Below are positions 15,943 through 23,545 of a stretch of 23,545 nucleotides of DNA, piece after piece. Under the pieces are notes generated by a model, which was given only the letters and a program-made list of their open reading frames with translations, had not been told where the DNA came from and did not search any database. The position numbers and the translations under genes are program-made. How positions within the stretch are numbered: the stretch's first letter is position 1; every line of letters begins with the position of its first letter. The DNA is taken from contig CAYYWT010000009.1 in NCBI GenBank assembly GCA_964475435.1, positions 1 to 23,545 of the forward strand, given 5' to 3'. Origin of the DNA: an uncultured Eubacteriales bacterium (GTDB lineage Bacteria > Bacillota > Clostridia > TANB77 > RGIG9151).

Positions 15943-18096
15943 CTAGCAATTTTTCATGCTAAGCCCTACTTTACCCTTTTCCATATCAATTTTTATAACT
16001 CTTACATTAACAATATCTCCGACAGATACAACATCCATAGGATTTTTTACATAGTTTTCACTCATTTCAGAAATGTGAACCAACCCGTCATTTTTAATTC
16101 CAATATCTACAAAAGCTCCGAAATCAATAACATTTCTAACTGTTCCCTTTAATACCATTCCCTCTTTTAAATCGTCAATCTTTAGTACATCGCTCCTTAA
16201 AATAGGTTTTGGCATATCCTCTCTCGGATCTCTGCCGGGTTTTTGAAGTTCTTTTATTATATCCGTAACTGTCGGAACACCAACTTCAAGTTCTTTAGCC
16301 ACTTCATTTACATTAAGTTTGCTTAATCCAACAGCCAGTTCAGTTTTATCTACTTTTGCAAAACTTTTTAAATCATATCCCATTTTATTCAAAATTTTCT
16401 CAGCAACATCATACGATTCAGGATGAACCGAAGTATTATCGAGCGGATTTGTACCACCGGGAATTCTTAAGAATCCGGAACATTGAGTAAACGCAGCAGG
16501 CCCTAATTTACTAACTTTTAGTAACTCCTTACGGCTACTGAATTTTCCTTTCTCCTCTCTATATTTAACAATATTTCCAGCAATAGTTTTACTTATTCCC
16601 GAAATATATTTAAGTAAAGACGGAGTCGCGGTATTCAAATTAACTCCTACCTTATTAACAGCATCTTCTACAACACCGGTTAACGCCTCGTCTAATCTCT
16701 TTTGATTTACATCATGTTGATATTGTCCAACACCAATGCTCTTAGGATCAATTTTTACAAGTTCCGCCAAAGGATCTTGAAGACGTCTTGCGATAGAAAT
16801 CGCACCACGAAGTGATACATTTATATCCGGGTATTCCTCTGTCGCTAATTTAGACGCTGAATAAACAGACGCTCCCGCTTCACTTACAATAGTATAATAA
16901 ACTTCCTCTTTTATTTCCTTTAACATATCCGCAACAAATTGTTCAGATTCACGAGAAGCAGTTCCATTGCCTATTGCAATCATATTTACATTATGTTTCT
17001 TTATAAGCTCTTTTAAAGTTTTCTTCGCACCATCTACATCATTTTGAGGCATTGTCGGATAAACAGTAGTAGTCGCTAATAACTTTCCGGTTTCATCAAT
17101 AACAGCAATTTTACAACCCGTTCTATAAGCCGGATCAAACCCCATAACCGTCATATTCTTTAGAGGAGCTTGAAGAAGTAAATTCTTTATATTTACCCCA
17201 AATACACGAATCGCCTTTTCATCAGCATTTTCCGTTAAATCATTTCTAATTTCGTTTTCAATAGACGGAGAAATAAGTCTTTTATATGAATCCAAAATAC
17301 TATTCTTTATTTCCTCTTTAAATATACTTTCATTAGTTATAACATTGCTCTCTAAAAAGCTTATAATCTCATCACTTTCAATATCTATCTTAGCCTTAAG
17401 TAATCCTTCATTTTCTCCACGATTAATAGCTAGAACTCTATGGCTTGGAATCTTAGCCAAAGGCTCAGAAAAATCATAATACATCTCATAAACACTTCTT
17501 TCTTCAGGCTTACTCGCAACAGACACCAATAGTCCTTTTTCAAGAGTAATTTTCCTTATCTCCTTACGGAAATCAGCATTATCCGAAATCTCCTCGGCAA
17601 TAATATCTAAAGCTCCGTTTATAGCTTCATCCGGAGAATTAACCCCTTTTTCTTCATTTACAAATTCACCGGCAATAGCAAATTTATCTCCGGAAACATT
17701 ATTTTGTTCTTTAATAATTACCGCAAGAGGCTCTAATCCTTTTTCCTTTGCAATTGTAGCTCTTGTTCTCTTTTTTTGTTTATACGGACGATATAAATCC
17801 TCTACTTCCGTCATAGTCTCAGCTTTTTCTATTTGAGTCTTTAATTCGTCCGTAAGTTTACCCTGCTCATCTATTAATCTAATTATTTCTTCTTTTCTTT
17901 CTTCACGTTTTCTAAGATATACCAATCTATCATAAAAATCTCTTAACGTTTCATCACTTAGTTCCCCTGTCGCTTCCTTTCTATATCTTGCAATAAAAGG
18001 AATTGTATTTCCATTATCAATTAATTCTATTGTATTTTTCACTTGAAATTCTCTTAAATTAAACTCGTTTTTTAATTGTTCTTGTATAAAATCCAT
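15943..18096 (-). CDS. tex: Transcription accessory protein Tex (YqgF/HhH/S1 domains)
   Basis: 717 aa. N-terminal VKNTIELIDNGNTIPFIARYRKE.TG, a YqgF-like core (GFDPAYRTGCKIAVID), HhH repeats, and a C-terminal S1 domain (GTVRNVIDFGAFVDIG..DGLVHISE). Confidence 0.93.
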   Translation of the reverse strand: MDFIQEQLKNEFNLREFQVKNTIELIDNGNTIPFIARYRKEATGELSDETLRDFYDRLVYLRKREERKEEIIRLIDEQGKLTDELKTQIEKAETMTEVEDLYRPYKQKKRTRATIAKEKGLEPLAVIIKEQNNVSGDKFAIAGEFVNEEKGVNSPDEAINGALDIIAEEISDNADFRKEIRKITLEKGLLVSVASKPEERSVYEMYYDFSEPLAKIPSHRVLAINRGENEGLLKAKIDIESDEIISFLESNVITNESIFKEEIKNSILDSYKRLISPSIENEIRNDLTENADEKAIRVFGVNIKNLLLQAPLKNMTVMGFDPAYRTGCKIAVIDETGKLLATTTVYPTMPQNDVDGAKKTLKELIKKHNVNMIAIGNGTASRESEQFVADMLKEIKEEVYYTIVSEAGASVYSASKLATEEYPDINVSLRGAISIARRLQDPLAELVKIDPKSIGVGQYQHDVNQKRLDEALTGVVEDAVNKVGVNLNTATPSLLKYISGISKTIAGNIVKYREEKGKFSSRKELLKVSKLGPAAFTQCSGFLRIPGGTNPLDNTSVHPESYDVAEKILNKMGYDLKSFAKVDKTELAVGLSKLNVNEVAKELEVGVPTVTDIIKELQKPGRDPREDMPKPILRSDVLKIDDLKEGMVLKGTVRNVIDFGAFVDIGIKNDGLVHISEMSENYVKNPMDVVSVGDIVNVRVIKIDMEKGKVGLSMKNC

Positions 18097-18111
18097 TACT
18101 ATACCTCTTTC

Positions 18112-18441
18112 TTATTCTGATTTATGTGTAATTCCGACAACTTTAGGAACATTTACAACAAACGCAATTCCTTTTCCCGGCTTATCTAGTTCCAGTCCTT
18201 CAGAAATAAAGTTAAGTACATCTTTAGTCTTATTTTTCTCAATTAAAGTAAGTACAACATCTTTCTCAGGCTCAATTAAAATCCCTAAAATTTTAGCTGT
18301 ATCATTAGCACCGGCACCTCTTCCGTTTAAGATAGTTCCGCCCTCTGCTCCACCTTTTTTAGCCTGTTCAATAACATCTTCTGCATTACCTTTATCTACA
18401 ATAGTAATAATTAAATCATATCCATCATTAATACCCAACAT
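18112..18441 (-). CDS. P-II family (GlnB-like fold) signal protein associated with DUF1538
   Basis: 109 aa with a beta-alpha-beta pattern, a GGTIL.GRGAG T-loop-like segment and a GKGIAFVV C-terminal strand. It starts 1 nt after the DUF1538 stop. Confidence 0.7.
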   Translation of the reverse strand: MLGINDGYDLIITIVDKGNAEDVIEQAKKGGAEGGTILNGRGAGANDTAKILGILIEPEKDVVLTLIEKNKTKDVLNFISEGLELDKPGKGIAFVVNVPKVVGITHKSE

Positions 18442-19158
18442 TTACTTCTTCCCCTTTCTTTTTTTACCTTCATATATTTTTCCAAGTAACATAACCAACA
18501 GTATCGGCGTCATCGCAACAATTGCGATAAGACCAAAGCCATCAGCATTGTTAGTATATGGTAAACCTTCAGATAATCCAAGCGCCATAGCCAATAAAAA
18601 CGTAGTAGTCATTACACCGGTCGTAACACCGCCGGCATCAAACGCGATTGCTGTAAATCGTTCGCTTGAAAATAGTGAAAGTACCAAACAAATAACATAT
18701 CCCGGTACAACAATGTACCATAAAGAAATTCCGCAAATAATCTTTAACATAGCAAGAGCTAAAGAAACTCCTACGCCTATTGCCAACGTATATGTAAGCA
18801 CTTTTTTATTAACTGCTCCGCTAGTTTCTCTCTCAACATCATTAACTAAAACATTAACTGACGGTTCAACTTTAGTAATAAAAAATCCAAGAATAAAACT
18901 TATCGGAACTATAATCCAATTATATGATAACCCGGCAAATTCAATTCCCATAGCCTGTCCTATCGGAACAAATCCAACTTCTAACCCAAAAATCATAAAC
19001 ACAATTCCTATAAAAGCAATCATTATACCCGTTAATACACTAAAAAACTTCTTACGCGACATCTTTATAAAAAATATTTGAAATAATATAAAAGTAATAA
19101 GCAAAGGCAAAATGGATATAAAGCAATTAACCGTAACTTCAAAAAATTTCTCTATCAT
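18442..19158 (-). CDS. DUF1538 family membrane protein (paralog B)
   Basis: 238 aa, polytopic, with VEPSVNVL and FDAGGVTTGVMTTTFLLA motifs shared with the upstream paralog. There is an ATGA start/stop overlap at 19155-19158. Confidence 0.7.
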   Translation of the reverse strand: MIEKFFEVTVNCFISILPLLITFILFQIFFIKMSRKKFFSVLTGIMIAFIGIVFMIFGLEVGFVPIGQAMGIEFAGLSYNWIIVPISFILGFFITKVEPSVNVLVNDVERETSGAVNKKVLTYTLAIGVGVSLALAMLKIICGISLWYIVVPGYVICLVLSLFSSERFTAIAFDAGGVTTGVMTTTFLLAMALGLSEGLPYTNNADGFGLIAIVAMTPILLVMLLGKIYEGKKRKGKK

Positions 19159-19841
19159 CGACTAATCACCCCCATAAGTAACATACTTAAAATCGGGCCA
19201 AGAGACGCAATGCCTATTATTCCAAAGCTATCTGAAGAATCCTTATTTTTACTTAACATAGAAGATATTCCCATAGAAAGCGATAATAAAAACGGAACTG
19301 TAAGCGCTCCCGTAGTCGCTCCTCCCGCATCAAAAGCAGCAGCTGCTAAATCTTGCGGGCAAAATATAACCAAACCGAAAACTAATAAATATCCAGCTAT
19401 TAATATATACTTAATAGATATATTCAAAAACATTCTCAAAAAAGCAATTCCTACAAACACACCTACTCCAACCGCAATAACTGTACAAAGCGTTTCTCCA
19501 TTCACACTTTCAATTAAATCCGCCGCTTGATTACTAAATACCTGGACATCAGGCTCTAACAATGTAACACCAAAGCCAAGCAATACAGTTACAAGCAAAA
19601 TCCACTTCATTTTTCCAAGCTTTACAGTAGCTCGTCCTATATTTTCTCCGGCCTCTAAAAATCCATATTGAATTCCAATCAAAAACAAAAACAAACCCAC
19701 AATTACAAAAAATGTGCATCCTAAAAATGTTAAATACGTCTCCATAGCAACCGGAGTAATCGTAAATTGTAATATCGTTATAACCAAAGCAATAGGTAAA
19801 ATTCCAACTATCACTTCACGAAATACTTCCTTTAATTTCAC
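19155..19841 (-). CDS. DUF1538 family membrane protein (paralog A)
   Basis: 228 aa, polytopic, with LEPDVQVF and FDAGGATTGALTVPFLLS motifs. AAGGAGAGG SD. Confidence 0.7.
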   Translation of the reverse strand: MKLKEVFREVIVGILPIALVITILQFTITPVAMETYLTFLGCTFFVIVGLFLFLIGIQYGFLEAGENIGRATVKLGKMKWILLVTVLLGFGVTLLEPDVQVFSNQAADLIESVNGETLCTVIAVGVGVFVGIAFLRMFLNISIKYILIAGYLLVFGLVIFCPQDLAAAAFDAGGATTGALTVPFLLSLSMGISSMLSKNKDSSDSFGIIGIASLGPILSMLLMGVISR

Positions 19842-19878
19842 ATCTTTTCACCTCTCCTTTTTCTTTTGTTAATTAAAA

Positions 19879-19925
19879 AATATCCAAGCAAAATACACTT
19901 ATCAAAAGTACATTGCTTGGATATT
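19879..19925 (-). terminator. Intrinsic terminator after the orphan 327-aa gene
   Basis: Perfect 13-bp stem AATATCCAAGCAA (19879-19891) / TTGCTTGGATATT (19913-19925) with a 21-nt loop, followed on the minus strand by TTTTAATT. It begins 7 nt after the stop. A possible TTGATA-17-TATTTT promoter (19905-19877) for the DUF1538 operon is embedded in it. Confidence 0.6.
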
Positions 19926-19931
19926 ATATTC

Positions 19932-20915
19932 TTACTCGATATCTATATCAATATCATCTTCATCTTTATCATCTATAGGAGCAAGCAAGTCGCTTTCAAA
20001 AATCTCCATAATATACTTTCTCTTCTCTTCACTATAATTAAACGAAATAAGCGATTTCTCCAAAGTTTCATCCAATTGTCTTAAATCCGTAGTATATAAA
20101 GGATTACAATCCTTAAATACAATTTTATTTTTTACAATCAATTTAAAAATCTCAACCAAATGGCTATCATCTTCACCTAAAATAACCAATTGAGGCGGAT
20201 TATCAAATCCTGAATCTCTAACATTATAATACTCATAAAATTCAGAATAAAGTTGCATCTTCGTAATAAGTTTTTCTTCCCAACCCGGTTCACGTCTTAC
20301 AGCCTCAAAAAGCAAATCAGTATTCTTTCCGTCTTTACTTAAAGAAACAACTCCACCGGAAACCTTAAATCTTATGTTTTGGCGTTTAGCCATTAATACA
20401 GGATCAACAACATAATTCTTAAAGTATTTAGCTTTCATCATATACGCAATAATAGCTTGATTTCCCGCTAATCTCTTCTTTATAAGATGAACCGGCTTAG
20501 TATTATTAGTCGGAACCCACTCAGTTCTTATTTCTCTAGAATTAAGCAAGTATTTCCCAGATTTATCCAAGCAATAAATACGATAAATTCCGTTTCCCTC
20601 ATCACTCTTAAAATAATACTTAACAATAGCTCTAGCCTTAATTAAATTTTCAAGTCTGGCGTTAACCTTATTTTGGTCTTTAATTTCTATTCCTTTTAAT
20701 TGTAAAAGTTGGTATATCTGTCTTGAAGTTATAAATTCAAACGTACTTATAAGTTCAAGCATCTCAAAATGCAATTCGTTTACATACCCCATATCCACCA
20801 TAAAAACAGCTTGATTTACTGATGAATAACCGGTTTTCCCATCATAAACTTTTTCCTCATTCGGACGCATCGCAAAAGGCGATTTCGTCGCTTTTACTTC
20901 ATTATCATTAATCAT
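19932..20915 (-). CDS. Hypothetical protein, replication-relaxation-like (N-terminal wHTH, acidic C-terminal tail)
   Basis: 327 aa with GGAGGG SD. The pattern LHFEMLELISTFEFITSRQIYQLL ... ARLENLIKARAIV ... IYRIYCLDKSGKYLL ... DLLFEAVRRE resembles the wHTH plus EvDrgT-like core of the Replic_Relax family. This is recognised by eye only. The tail is DDKDEDDIDIDIE. Confidence 0.35.
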   Translation of the reverse strand: MINDNEVKATKSPFAMRPNEEKVYDGKTGYSSVNQAVFMVDMGYVNELHFEMLELISTFEFITSRQIYQLLQLKGIEIKDQNKVNARLENLIKARAIVKYYFKSDEGNGIYRIYCLDKSGKYLLNSREIRTEWVPTNNTKPVHLIKKRLAGNQAIIAYMMKAKYFKNYVVDPVLMAKRQNIRFKVSGGVVSLSKDGKNTDLLFEAVRREPGWEEKLITKMQLYSEFYEYYNVRDSGFDNPPQLVILGEDDSHLVEIFKLIVKNKIVFKDCNPLYTTDLRQLDETLEKSLISFNYSEEKRKYIMEIFESDLLAPIDDKDEDDIDIDIE

Positions 20916-20981
20916 AATAGCCCTCCAACTACGTTCTATAAATACAGAACATATAAATTTATATTAATCACAATAGTGATT

Positions 20982-21803
20982 TTAACCAACAATAACAAGC
21001 TTTATCTTCTTTTTTTCAGGAATAATCTTCTTTATGAAAACACTAACTCTTTGACCATATTCGACCCCCGGTCTATGGTCCGCAAGTCCAACTAAATTCG
21101 GACGTAATTCAACGAAAATACCATTTTTCTCTCTAGCTCTCGCAATACCGATAACAGTAGTTCCTTCCTGAAAGTCCTTAATATTATCCTCCCAAGTCCC
21201 AAGCAATTCTTTATGAGTAAGAACAATTTTTCCGGTAGACTTATCAAAACTTTTTACCATAACTTTAATCTTATCTCCGATTTTAAATCTTTCCTCCGGA
21301 TGCATAATTCGGGCAACGGATATATCTTCAATATGAAGTAACCCGGTTACTCCACCGCCAATATCAATAAACACTCCATATTGTTCCATATTTCTAACAA
21401 TACCGCTTAAAACCATACCTTCTTTTAAATTCTTAAACATCCAATCTCTTACTTCAAGTTCAACAGCTTTTCTAGATAAGACAACAGTCACTTCGCCATT
21501 CTCACGTTTAATCTCTTTTATTTTAAATTGTACTCTTTTATTAACCTTAGTAATAGACGCAACAGGTCTAGGAAACCCGTCAGCCTCAACAGTCGAGCTA
21601 ACCTCACTTCTCGGTACAATTCCCTTTATGCCATCTAAGTCAACGTGAAGATTAAAATCAGAATCAGCCATCGTAACTAAGCCTTCTAACGTTTCATTTT
21701 TCTCCATCGCCTCAGTCAAAATAGCAACTTTTCTCTCCAATTCTTCATCTACTTCATTCTCTAATAAGTTCCAACCCTCAGGCATAAACTTTTGCTCTTC
21801 CAT
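20982..21803 (-). CDS. S1 RNA-binding domain protein (three S1-like repeats)
   Basis: GIVRNMEQYGVFIDIGGGVTGLLHIEDIS and GIARAREKNGIFVELRPNLVGLA S1 motifs. I moved the start to the ATG at 21803 (cat 21801-21803), with GAGGAGG 8 nt upstream. Confidence 0.8.
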   Translation of the reverse strand: MEEQKFMPEGWNLLENEVDEELERKVAILTEAMEKNETLEGLVTMADSDFNLHVDLDGIKGIVPRSEVSSTVEADGFPRPVASITKVNKRVQFKIKEIKRENGEVTVVLSRKAVELEVRDWMFKNLKEGMVLSGIVRNMEQYGVFIDIGGGVTGLLHIEDISVARIMHPEERFKIGDKIKVMVKSFDKSTGKIVLTHKELLGTWEDNIKDFQEGTTVIGIARAREKNGIFVELRPNLVGLADHRPGVEYGQRVSVFIKKIIPEKKKIKLVIVG

Positions 21804-21945
21804 ATCAATTTCCTCCTCAATAATAAACATCCATTTTAAATAAAAATCCTTAATTTTAACATCTAAAGGTATATCGGCAAAAAACAAAATAAAATTACCT
21901 TTTCCCGCATTTATATTTTTCTATCTTTATTTGAAAAGTCCTTCT

Positions 21946-22641
21946 TTACGTTTTCATATTTTCGTTTATTTTTTCTAATGCTTTTTTTTCAATCCTCGAT
22001 ACATAGGAGCGTGAAATGCCCAGTTCGTCGGCAATTTCTTTTTGTGTCTTCTCTTTTCCGCCATATAAACCGTATCTCATACCGATTATTTTCTTTTCAC
22101 GCTCAGTTAAACTCGCGTTCATAATTTTTTGTAATTCCTTAATTCTTAATTTTAGTTCTACTTTTTCGAATGTGTCACAATCTTCACACTCCAAAACGTC
22201 AATCAATGAAATAGAATTACCTTCTTTATCGCTCCCTATCGGCTCGTCTATGGACGATTCATTTTGAGTTTTTTTACTACTTCTTAAGTACATTAGAATT
22301 TCATTTTGAATACACCGTGCAGCATAAGTCGCAAACTTATGACCTTTGTCTCCATCAAAAGTTGTAACTGCTTTTATTAGTCCGATAGAGCCAATAGAAA
22401 TTAAGTCATCATTATCTTTCCATTGAACAGAGTACTTCTTCGCTACATGAACTACCAATCTTAAATTGCGTTCAATTAAAATGTTTTTCGCATCTTCATC
22501 TCCGTTCTTGTAAAGATCAAAATACATCTTTTCCTCACTTGGCGTAAGCGGTTTCGGAAACGTATTCATTCCGTTACCTAAAAAGCCAAATGCGAAAAAG
22601 ATGTTTTCAATTATGTACCGTATTGTAGCTATAAATACCAA
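21946..22641 (-). CDS. sigK: Sporulation sigma factor K precursor (pro-sigma-K)
   Basis: FPKPLTPSEEKMYFDL..GDEDAKNILIERNLRLVVHVAKKY resembles B. subtilis SigK FPQPLSSSEEKKYLEL. It has a hydrophobic leader of about 20 aa. No spoIIGA lies upstream and no sigG downstream, which argues against sigE. It has a TTG start (caa 22639-22641) 6 nt after AGGAGGG. Confidence 0.8.
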   Translation of the reverse strand: MVFIATIRYIIENIFFAFGFLGNGMNTFPKPLTPSEEKMYFDLYKNGDEDAKNILIERNLRLVVHVAKKYSVQWKDNDDLISIGSIGLIKAVTTFDGDKGHKFATYAARCIQNEILMYLRSSKKTQNESSIDEPIGSDKEGNSISLIDVLECEDCDTFEKVELKLRIKELQKIMNASLTEREKKIIGMRYGLYGGKEKTQKEIADELGISRSYVSRIEKKALEKINENMKT

Positions 22642-22651
22642 ATCAATCCCT

Positions 22652-22680
22652 CCTAACTACATATATACTATGTAGTTAGG
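22652..22680 (-). promoter_or_regulatory. Perfect 12-bp hairpin/palindrome overlapping the sigK Shine-Dalgarno
   Basis: CCTAACTACATA (22652-22663) / TATGTAGTTAGG (22669-22680) with a 5-nt loop. On the mRNA the 3' arm ends in ...TTAGG, and those bases are the first three of the SD AGGAGG (22654-22649). Confidence 0.5.
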
Positions 22681-22837
22681 CTTGGTCTTTTGATACATTA
22701 TTTACACAATGCTCAACCATAATGGCGATTTCTCAGACTGCACATTCATATCCAAACTTAAACAACTTTATCCTTAAAATTTCAATACTACCCCTCATTA
22801 AAATTTCCTTTTAATACTTATTCGTAATTCTTACTAT

Positions 22838-23545
22838 TTACTTATCATTTCGTTTTTTTATATATTCACAAATAATATTAACTATTTTTTCATTACCAAC
22901 CTCGCAATTAATACATATATCATAATTTTCTTTATCGTCCCATTTTCTATTAGCAATAACTTCATAATAAGAAGCTCTTGATCTATCAGATTGATTTACA
23001 TATTTCTTTGCATCTTTGTATGTATCCTTATACATTTCTTTTACTTTATTTATTCTATATTCTATTGGAGCATATAAAAATATTTTTACTAAATTTGGAT
23101 TATCTTTTAATATATAATCTGCACATCTACCAACAATTACGCATTCCTCTTTTGATGCAATCATTTTTATTGTCTTTGCTTGTTTTATTATAGCATCTTT
23201 TTCAGCATCTAATGATAAATAAAAATTATAAAGTTCATCATCATTATATTGGTTTTCAATTAATGAATTTTCAATTGCAAATTTCTTAATTTCTTCTTTA
23301 TCATAGAATTTTATTCCTAAATTTTCAGCTACTTTTCTTGCAATTTCCTTTCCACCTGTTCCATGTTCTCTTGAAATTGATATAATTAATTTTTTATTTA
23401 CATCATCCTTTGCTTTACTTTCTCCTATTATTGCTACTTTTTCTTTGTATGTTTTCTTTAATATAAATATAGAAATTATACAAGTTAAAAATTCTGCAAT
23501 TGGGAATGTCCACCAAACAACATTTGTTACATTATCAAATAATGT
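22838..23545 (-). CDS. Cytidylate kinase-like family (Cytidylate_kin2) protein, 5' end outside the window
   Basis: The track starts at an internal Met (23164). I translated the frame by hand and it stays open to the window edge. The upstream part reads ...VVWWTFPIAEFLTCIISIFILKKTYKEKVAIIGESKAKDDVNKKLIISISREHGTGGKEIARKVAENLGIKFYDKEEI..., which contains the family signature ISREHGTGGKEI. Confidence 0.6.
   Translation of the reverse strand, partial: TLFDNVTNVVWWTFPIAEFLTCIISIFILKKTYKEKVAIIGESKAKDDVNKKLIISISREHGTGGKEIARKVAENLGIKFYDKEEIKKFAIENSLIENQYNDDELYNFYLSLDAEKDAIIKQAKTIKMIASKEECVIVGRCADYILKDNPNLVKIFLYAPIEYRINKVKEMYKDTYKDAKKYVNQSDRSRASYYEVIANRKWDDKENYDICINCEVGNEKIVNIICEYIKKRNDK

Noticed and set aside
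18548-19081. A 177-aa plus-strand ORF, and similar ORFs at 19210-19530, 1269-1460, 2339-2617, 4741-5067, 7424-7606, 15910-16152, 19866-20084, 22016-22267 and 22978-23193.
   Set aside because: All lie antisense within well-supported minus-strand genes. They have low-complexity or odd compositions (Pro/Thr/Asn- or Phe/Leu/Ile-rich mirror images of the sense protein), no SD, and no recognisable motifs. They are typical shadow ORFs.
19877-19905. A promoter for the DUF1538 operon embedded in the upstream terminator (TTGATA-17-TATTTT).
   Set aside because: I mention it under the terminator feature only rather than listing it separately. The -10 is weak and AT-rich sequence yields such matches easily, so read-through or another start remains possible.
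21946-22641. Identification of this sigma factor as SigE.
   Set aside because: sigE is normally preceded by spoIIGA and followed by sigG, and neither is present here. In addition, the leader is short and the FPKPLTPSEEK region resembles SigK rather than the GGSEALPPPLS region of SigE.
22695-22725. A possible fourth copy of the repeat unit upstream of sigK; the reverse complement contains AGCATTGT.
   Set aside because: Only an 8-mer matches, which is expected by chance in about 47 kb of two-strand AT-rich sequence. The adjacent hairpin module is absent.
1-23545. CRISPR arrays, rRNA/tRNA genes, transposases/integrases, prophage or toxin-antitoxin/defence cassettes.
   Set aside because: None is visible. 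All intergenic gaps are 255 nt or shorter and are accounted for by promoters, terminators or the repeat units. No ORF shows recombinase, Cas, or classic defence-protein motifs.

Overview
This window is AT-rich (roughly 30% GC by eye) chromosomal DNA from an endospore-forming Firmicute, probably of the class Clostridia. It is densely packed with mostly minus-strand housekeeping and sporulation genes. The clusters I recognise are ytvI-like/murG, a yaaR-holB-ricT(yaaT)-TPR-trxA operon with tmk divergent from it, spoIIAA-spoIIAB-sigF, and a WG-repeat protein gene. They continue with a CBS protein gene, yuiD-like/ispA/xseB/xseA/nusB/asp23 (the B. subtilis yqhY-nusB-xseAB-ispA neighbourhood), mntP, and a tightly packed DUF1538-DUF1538-PII-tex-traX cluster. 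The window ends with an orphan wHTH protein, an S1-domain protein, pro-sigma-K, and a cytidylate-kinase-like ORF that runs off the window edge. I found no rRNA, tRNA, CRISPR array, transposase or recognisable defence system. Four things are not explained by ordinary gene annotation. (1) A family of about 50-70-nt structured repeat units sits immediately 3' of stop codons. Two inverted units form a 174-nt palindromic element between tmk and sigF, and a third lies inside the loop of a terminator-like hairpin; together they bracket the spoIIA operon in inverted orientation. (2) An orphan replication-relaxation-like wHTH protein with an acidic tail has its own terminator and sits among core genes. 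(3) The DUF1538 x2 + PII-like cassette is uncharacterised. (4) A perfect 12-bp hairpin overlaps the Shine-Dalgarno of a TTG-initiated sigK. All functional calls rest on reading motifs by eye; no database search was run.
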